DNA of 64,000 nt, taken from NCBI GenBank assembly GCA_964350245.1, contig CAYGJC010000003.1, forward strand, positions 97,180 to 161,179, in the 5' to 3' direction. The notes under the pieces are model-generated. The model ran no database searches and was not told the DNA's origin. It was given only the letters and a program-made list of their open reading frames with translations. A program made the position numbers and the translations under genes. This document shows positions 59,150 through 64,000 of this stretch, in pieces (position 1 is the stretch's first letter; each line of letters opens with the position of its first letter). The DNA comes from an uncultured bacterium (GTDB lineage: Bacteria > Chlamydiota > Chlamydiia > Chlamydiales > JAAKFR01).

Positions 59150-61285
59150 TTAACGGATAAAGAGCATCTCCCGATATTTGGGTAATGGCCAAAGTTTGTC
59201 TGAAATTATTAATTCCAAAGCATCTACATGAGATCGCAAAGTAGCCATAGTAGGTAAAACCCGATCACGTAGAAAGAGAGCTCCTTCGCCCAACTCCTCC
59301 ATCGGAACGCGATGGATCAGATCATCTAGTGTCTTTAAAGCCTTTCGCACACCCGAAAACTCTTTAACAACCCCTTTCAACAGCTCCTGATCTCCCTTAT
59401 GTAAATGAACAAGAGCATCCCCTAATTCTTTTACATACAAAATAGTAGCAGGAACAATCATGGTGTGTGCTAGATGTGAAGCGGTACGCGCTTCGATTAA
59501 AACCTTTTTCACATATTTGCTCAGTGTGATCTCTTGCCGGCTCACCAGCTCGCGCCGGCTAAACACTTTATATTTAGTAAAAAGAGACAAGGATTCGCTT
59601 GATGTGTAGGCTTGAGCTGCCTCAACGGTATCATGAATGTGAGGAAGCCCACGCTTCTCTGCCTCTTTGCTCCACGCAGCATCATAGTTATCTCCTTCAA
59701 AAAGGATCGGCTGGAATTCTTTGGCTTCTACAGCCAAAAGCTTTTGGAGCGCTTGGTTAAAGTCGTCCGCTTTTTCCAGTTTAGAAGCAAAATGATCGAG
59801 CGATTCAGCAACAATTGTATTGATCACAGTGGTGGGTTTAGCGATATTTTCCGTTGATCCGACGGCTCGAAATTCAAATTTGTTTCCCGTAAAGGCAAAA
59901 GGACTGGTCCGATTTCGGTCGCTCGAATGGCGTGGAATACGCGGGAGTAGTGAGACTCCTAAGGTTAAATCTCCCCCTGATTGACCCTCCTGGGCTTCTC
60001 CTTTGATCAGCCGTTGAAAAATAGCAAAAAGATGCTCGCCCAAAAAGACACTCATAATCCCAGGAGGCGCTTCGTGCTGCCCGAGTCGATGATCATTTCC
60101 AGCCGATGCCACGCTCATACGCAACAAAGGCGCATGTGTATACACAGCGCGCACCACTGCCGCACAAAAGAGTAAAAAGCGCGCATTCTCGTGGGGTGTA
60201 TGTCCTGGTTCGAGCAAATTCTCTCCCCTGTCTGTGGCCAATGACCAGTTGTTGTGTTTTCCCGATCCATTCATTCCTGCAAACGGCTTTTCGTGTAGTA
60301 AGCACGTGAGCCCGTGTCGATTAGCAACTTTCTTTAAAATTTCCATCACGAGCATATGGTGATCGGAGGAGAGATTGGCGCGCTGGAAGGAAACGGCGAG
60401 CTCATACTGTGCCGGAGCGACCTCATTATGGCGTGTCTTAACTGGGACTCCCAGTTGGAGAAGCTGAAATTCCGCCTCTTCCATAAAGCGAATGATTCGC
60501 TCAGGAACAGCTCCAAGATACTGATCTTCTAGTTCTTGACCCCTTGGTGGGCGCGCTCCAAACAACGTGCGTCCACAGGTAAGCAAATCAGGACGCAGGT
60601 GATAAAAATGGGTGTCGATTAAGAAATATTCCTGCTCTGCACCCAAGGTAGGAACCACACACTGCGTCTCTTGATCCCCAAAGAGACGTAAGACGCGTAG
60701 AGCCTGCTTATTCAGCGCTTCCATCGAGCGTAGAAGAGGAGTCTTTTTATCTAGAGCATCCCCTACCCAACTCACAAAAAATGAGGGAATAACCAGTGTT
60801 CTACCTAAGATAAAAGCAGGACTGCTTGGATCCCAGGCGGTGTAGCCACGCGCTTCGAAAGTCGTCCGCAGCCCTCCTGAAGGGAAGCTACTCGCATCAG
60901 GCTCTCCTTGGATTAACATTTTGCCACTAAACTCAGCAACAACTGATCCATCATGCGTGGGGTTAAAAAAGCTGTCATGCTTTTCGGCAGTCAGATCGGT
61001 CAGAGGCTGGAACCAGTGGCAGTAGTGGGTGACTCCTTTGGCCAGAGCCCACTCTTTCATCGCAGAGGCAACCGGATCGGCAAGTGCGGGATCAAGAGCC
61101 TCACTCTTTTTTGCTGTCCTTTGCAAAGCGTGAAACACTTCATCGGAGAGAAGTTCTTTTTGCACTGATTCGTTAAAAACTTGATTACCAAAAGAATCAA
61201 AAAGATGGCGCTCTTTGATTGGATGTTTTTTCTCTACTTTGTGATCGCTTGTAATCGATCGAATGGCATGCTCACGACTATTCAT
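59150..61285 (-). CDS. Glutamine synthetase type III
   Basis: 711 aa; THYCHWFQPLT, AEKHDSF, GEPDASSFPSGGLRTTFEARGYTAWD, HNEVAPAQYE, HEKPFAGMNGSGKHNNWS, DRNRTSPFAFTGNKFEFRAVGS, WPLPKYREMLF. Confidence 0.95.
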   Translation of the reverse strand: MNSREHAIRSITSDHKVEKKHPIKERHLFDSFGNQVFNESVQKELLSDEVFHALQRTAKKSEALDPALADPVASAMKEWALAKGVTHYCHWFQPLTDLTAEKHDSFFNPTHDGSVVAEFSGKMLIQGEPDASSFPSGGLRTTFEARGYTAWDPSSPAFILGRTLVIPSFFVSWVGDALDKKTPLLRSMEALNKQALRVLRLFGDQETQCVVPTLGAEQEYFLIDTHFYHLRPDLLTCGRTLFGARPPRGQELEDQYLGAVPERIIRFMEEAEFQLLQLGVPVKTRHNEVAPAQYELAVSFQRANLSSDHHMLVMEILKKVANRHGLTCLLHEKPFAGMNGSGKHNNWSLATDRGENLLEPGHTPHENARFLLFCAAVVRAVYTHAPLLRMSVASAGNDHRLGQHEAPPGIMSVFLGEHLFAIFQRLIKGEAQEGQSGGDLTLGVSLLPRIPRHSSDRNRTSPFAFTGNKFEFRAVGSTENIAKPTTVINTIVAESLDHFASKLEKADDFNQALQKLLAVEAKEFQPILFEGDNYDAAWSKEAEKRGLPHIHDTVEAAQAYTSSESLSLFTKYKVFSRRELVSRQEITLSKYVKKVLIEARTASHLAHTMIVPATILYVKELGDALVHLHKGDQELLKGVVKEFSGVRKALKTLDDLIHRVPMEELGEGALFLRDRVLPTMATLRSHVDALELIISDKLWPLPKYREMLFIR

Positions 61286-61344
61286 GTTTCCTCCCGATCA
61301 GCAGAGTTTATAAAAATAGACTCTTTCCGTATACTCCCATTGCA

Positions 61345-61980
61345 ATGAAGATTTCTCTTTTTGGATTTGGAAAAATGGGTACGATGGTGGCACGTCTTGC
61401 AGAAGAGCGTGGGCATCAAGTTGTTGGGGTTCTGGATGAGGCGGATGTCTGCATCGACTTCTCATCTGCCTCCTGTGTAGTGCAACACATCCGAGAGGCG
61501 TGTGAAGCTGCTGTTCCGATTGTGGTGGGAACTACTGGCTGGGAAGCGGATCTTCCGGTTGTCCAAACTTTAGTCGAAAAGAGTGGAATCGCCGCTCTTT
61601 ATGCTCCCAATTTCTCTCTTGGCATCGCTTTTTTTCGCAAGCTCCTGAAAGTGGCACGCGCGCAACTTGCCGACTATGAAATCGCCGGAATTGAATGGCA
61701 TCATCAGCAGAAAAAAGATGCTCCCTCAGGCACTGCATGCGCTATTGCCAAAGAACTGGACATGCCTACACCCTTTTCTAGCGTGCGGTGCGGCTCGATT
61801 GTCGGCAAGCACTCAGTCTATTTTGACTCACCAAGCGACACGATCACGCTCACTCACGAGGCTAAAAATCGAGAAGGATTTGCTCTAGGTGCCCTAAAGG
61901 CTGCAGAATGGATTTTAGATCAAAAAGGATGGTTGACACTCGATGACATGCTACACAGCTCTGATTACGCCATTCGATGA
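61345..61980 (+). CDS. dapB: 4-hydroxy-tetrahydrodipicolinate reductase
   Basis: GFGKMG, IDFS, VGTTG, APNFSLG, EWHHQQKKDAPSGTA, FALGALKAA. Confidence 0.93.
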   Translation: MKISLFGFGKMGTMVARLAEERGHQVVGVLDEADVCIDFSSASCVVQHIREACEAAVPIVVGTTGWEADLPVVQTLVEKSGIAALYAPNFSLGIAFFRKLLKVARAQLADYEIAGIEWHHQQKKDAPSGTACAIAKELDMPTPFSSVRCGSIVGKHSVYFDSPSDTITLTHEAKNREGFALGALKAAEWILDQKGWLTLDDMLHSSDYAIR

Positions 61981-62797
61981 AGAAGGCTGTCTTGATGAAG
62001 AAGGCTTACGTAAAAACTTGTTTCGCCAACAGACGGTCGACGGGATCGCCGCGCTTGGTACGACCGGAGAAATGCCCACACTTTCTTTAGAAGAGAAAAA
62101 ACGCTTTCTCTCTATTGCCCGGGAAACAGATCTGGCTCTTATGGTGGGATGTGGAGCAAACTCAACTTCTCAAACAATTGAAAATTTAAATCTTGCAGCC
62201 GATCATGGAGCCGATTCGGCTCTGGTTGTCACCCCTTACTATAACAAACCGACTCAAGAGGGACTCTTCTGCCATTTTGAAACCTTAGCGCGCACTTCTC
62301 CACTCCCTATTATTCTCTACAACATCCAAGGAAGAACCTCTGTCAACCTTGCTTCAGAAACCCTAAAGCGGCTGATAGCATTTCCGCAAATTATTGGTAT
62401 TAAAGAGGCTTCGGGTAGCATTGAGCAGATTACAGAAGCGATTGCCCTAAAAAAAGAGCGCCCTGATTTCCTTGTTTATGCCGGGGACGATCTTATGACC
62501 CTCCCTACTATGGCACTTGGAGGAGATGGAGTGATCTCAGTGGCGAGTAATCTGGTCCCCATGCTGATGAAAGAGCTGGTAGATGCGTGCCAAGCGGGTA
62601 GCTATGCCCATGCGCAACAAGTCAATGCGCTGCTTCTCCCTCTTTTCAAGGCCTCCAATTGGGAGACCAATCCGATTCCGATCAAGGCCGCAATGGAAAT
62701 TGCCGGTTTTGCCGCAGGCTCTCCCCGTCTCCCGCTCACTTCTCTTCACAAAGCATACCTGGCCCCTCTCCAGAAAGTGGTGAAAGATCTAATATGA
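61943..62797 (+). CDS. dapA: 4-hydroxy-tetrahydrodipicolinate synthase
   Basis: ALITPF, GTTGE, VTPYYNKPTQEG, LYNIQGRT, GIKEASG, ETNPIPIK. Confidence 0.95.
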   Translation: MTCYTALITPFDEEGCLDEEGLRKNLFRQQTVDGIAALGTTGEMPTLSLEEKKRFLSIARETDLALMVGCGANSTSQTIENLNLAADHGADSALVVTPYYNKPTQEGLFCHFETLARTSPLPIILYNIQGRTSVNLASETLKRLIAFPQIIGIKEASGSIEQITEAIALKKERPDFLVYAGDDLMTLPTMALGGDGVISVASNLVPMLMKELVDACQAGSYAHAQQVNALLLPLFKASNWETNPIPIKAAMEIAGFAAGSPRLPLTSLHKAYLAPLQKVVKDLI

Positions 62798-63750
62798 AAA
62801 TTCCGGTAGGCATCTTAGGTGCAACAGGTGTGATCGGGCAACAATATGTTGCTTTGTTGCACAACCACCCTTGGTTTGAGATCAAAAGTTTAGTTGCTTC
62901 ACATGCCTCCTCTTCATATACAGAGACTGTGCGCACTAAATGGCATGTTTCCACACCGATCCCTGAAGGCTATTCTCTTTGTTCTCTTGAAGATTTTGCC
63001 CCCTGTCCTCTTGTCTTTTCAGCACTTCCTAATGCTCTGGCCGCCACGTATGAACCTCAGCTCGTTAAGGCTGGATGTACCGTCATTTCAAGCGCCTCGT
63101 GTCACCGTGAGAGCTCTCCTGTGATCATCCCTGAAATCAACCCCCATCACCTCACAGGCAAACTGATTACCAAACCCAACTGCGCCCTCCAATCGTTTCT
63201 TCTTCCGTTAGCTCCCCTCCATCGGAAGGCAAATATCTGCGGCCTTTCTGTCACGACTATGCAAGCCATGAGCGGAGCAGGACATAGGGGACTTCTTTCG
63301 CAGGCGATTCAGGACAATGTGATTCCTTTGATTGAGGGCGAGGAAGAAAAACTCGAAAACGAGCCCTTGAAAATCTTAGAAGCCCGTTTTCCCATTTCTG
63401 CCCACTGCAACCGCGTTCCTGTGCTTCATGGCCACCTTGCCTGCATCTCTGTTGCCTTTGAGTACCCTCTCTCTTACGAAGACATTCTTGCTGAGTGGAA
63501 TCAGCCGAATGCCCTCTCTCTCCCTTCCGCGCCGCGCTACCCTGTCATTTATTGTGATGAGCCTGCGCGTCCTCAAACCCGTTTAGACCGAGATGCCGGG
63601 GGAGGCATGAGTGTTTCTGTCGGTCGGCTCCGTCCCTGCCCTCTTCTGGAGTGGCGTTTTGTCGCGCTCTCTCACAATACCGTGCGTGGAGGTGCCGGAG
63701 GCGGCGTTTTAATTGCTGAATTACTCAAACAGAAGGGACATCTTGATTAA
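62794..63750 (+). CDS. asd: Aspartate-semialdehyde dehydrogenase
   Basis: GILGATGVIGQ, IPEINP, KPNC catalytic Cys, TMQAMSGAG, RVPVLHGH, SHNTVRGGAGG. ATG 62794 overlaps the dapA stop. Confidence 0.93.
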   Translation: MKIPVGILGATGVIGQQYVALLHNHPWFEIKSLVASHASSSYTETVRTKWHVSTPIPEGYSLCSLEDFAPCPLVFSALPNALAATYEPQLVKAGCTVISSASCHRESSPVIIPEINPHHLTGKLITKPNCALQSFLLPLAPLHRKANICGLSVTTMQAMSGAGHRGLLSQAIQDNVIPLIEGEEEKLENEPLKILEARFPISAHCNRVPVLHGHLACISVAFEYPLSYEDILAEWNQPNALSLPSAPRYPVIYCDEPARPQTRLDRDAGGGMSVSVGRLRPCPLLEWRFVALSHNTVRGGAGGGVLIAELLKQKGHLD

Positions 63751-64000
63751 GCGCAACCCCCACTTCTCTCGCCTCAACCCCAGCTATCTCTTCCCTGAAG
63801 TGATGCGTAGGGCCGCTCCCTTTTCAAACCTGATTAGCTTGAGTGTGGGTGACACCTCAGAGCCCATTCCCCTTCCGATTGTGGAGGCACTTGAAAAAGC
63901 CTCGCGCGATCTAGGCACGCGATCCGGATACCGAGGCTATGGAGCAGAGCAAGGTGATCCAAGCCTCCGAGAAAAAATTGCCAATCACCTCTACCAAGGA
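63743..64000 (+). CDS. dapL: LL-diaminopimelate aminotransferase, partial (runs off the window)
   Basis: Hand translation from TTG 63743: MIKRNPHFSRLNPSYLFPEV...LISLSVGDTSEP...YRGYGAEQG..SLREKIA, the DapL N-terminus. Not in the ORF track. Confidence 0.88.
   Translation, partial: MIKRNPHFSRLNPSYLFPEVMRRAAPFSNLISLSVGDTSEPIPLPIVEALEKASRDLGTRSGYRGYGAEQGDPSLREKIANHLYQG

Noticed and set aside
62659-62793. N-terminal extensions of Asd (and similarly MalQ, TruB, RpmB, SmpB, IspA) in the ORF track
   Set aside because: Downstream ATGs with stop/start overlaps or RBSs fit the family N-termini better.
1-64000. CRISPR arrays, prophage genes, alternative genetic code, and the many 60-150 aa nested ORFs
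   Set aside because: No regularly spaced repeats or phage genes seen; TGA, TAA and TAG all end conserved genes normally; nested ORFs are antisense or off-frame shadows of well-supported genes.

Overview
Chromosomal window of a member of the phylum Chlamydiae, most likely an environmental lineage rather than Chlamydiaceae. The evidence is the cdsU-cdsV-copN-scc1-malQ type III secretion cluster, the rpsA-nusA-infB-rbfA-truB-ribF/ychF block, rpmB-ubiD-PLD, folD-apbE-smpB-dnaN-recF, a MOMP/Lpg1974-like porin and dapL. Accessory genes are inserted into this conserved backbone: several Inc-like or effector-like orphan proteins (two large ones with degenerate internal repeats), a eukaryote-type II PI4-kinase-like gene divergent from a phospholipase D, a 115-bp element with perfect 18-bp terminal inverted repeats in the leader of an Inc-like gene, an AbiEi/AbiEii type IV toxin-antitoxin pair with a frameshifted toxin and an upstream operator-like palindrome, and metabolic extras (kbl-tdh, SthA, type III glutamine synthetase). 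tRNA-Ala(TGC) and tRNA-Ile(GAT) are present without rRNA. Three genes missing from the ORF track were recovered by hand: mgtE (partial), rpmG and dapL (partial). No CRISPR array, prophage, integrase or transposase was seen. All calls are from reading the sequence and recalled family motifs; no searches were run.
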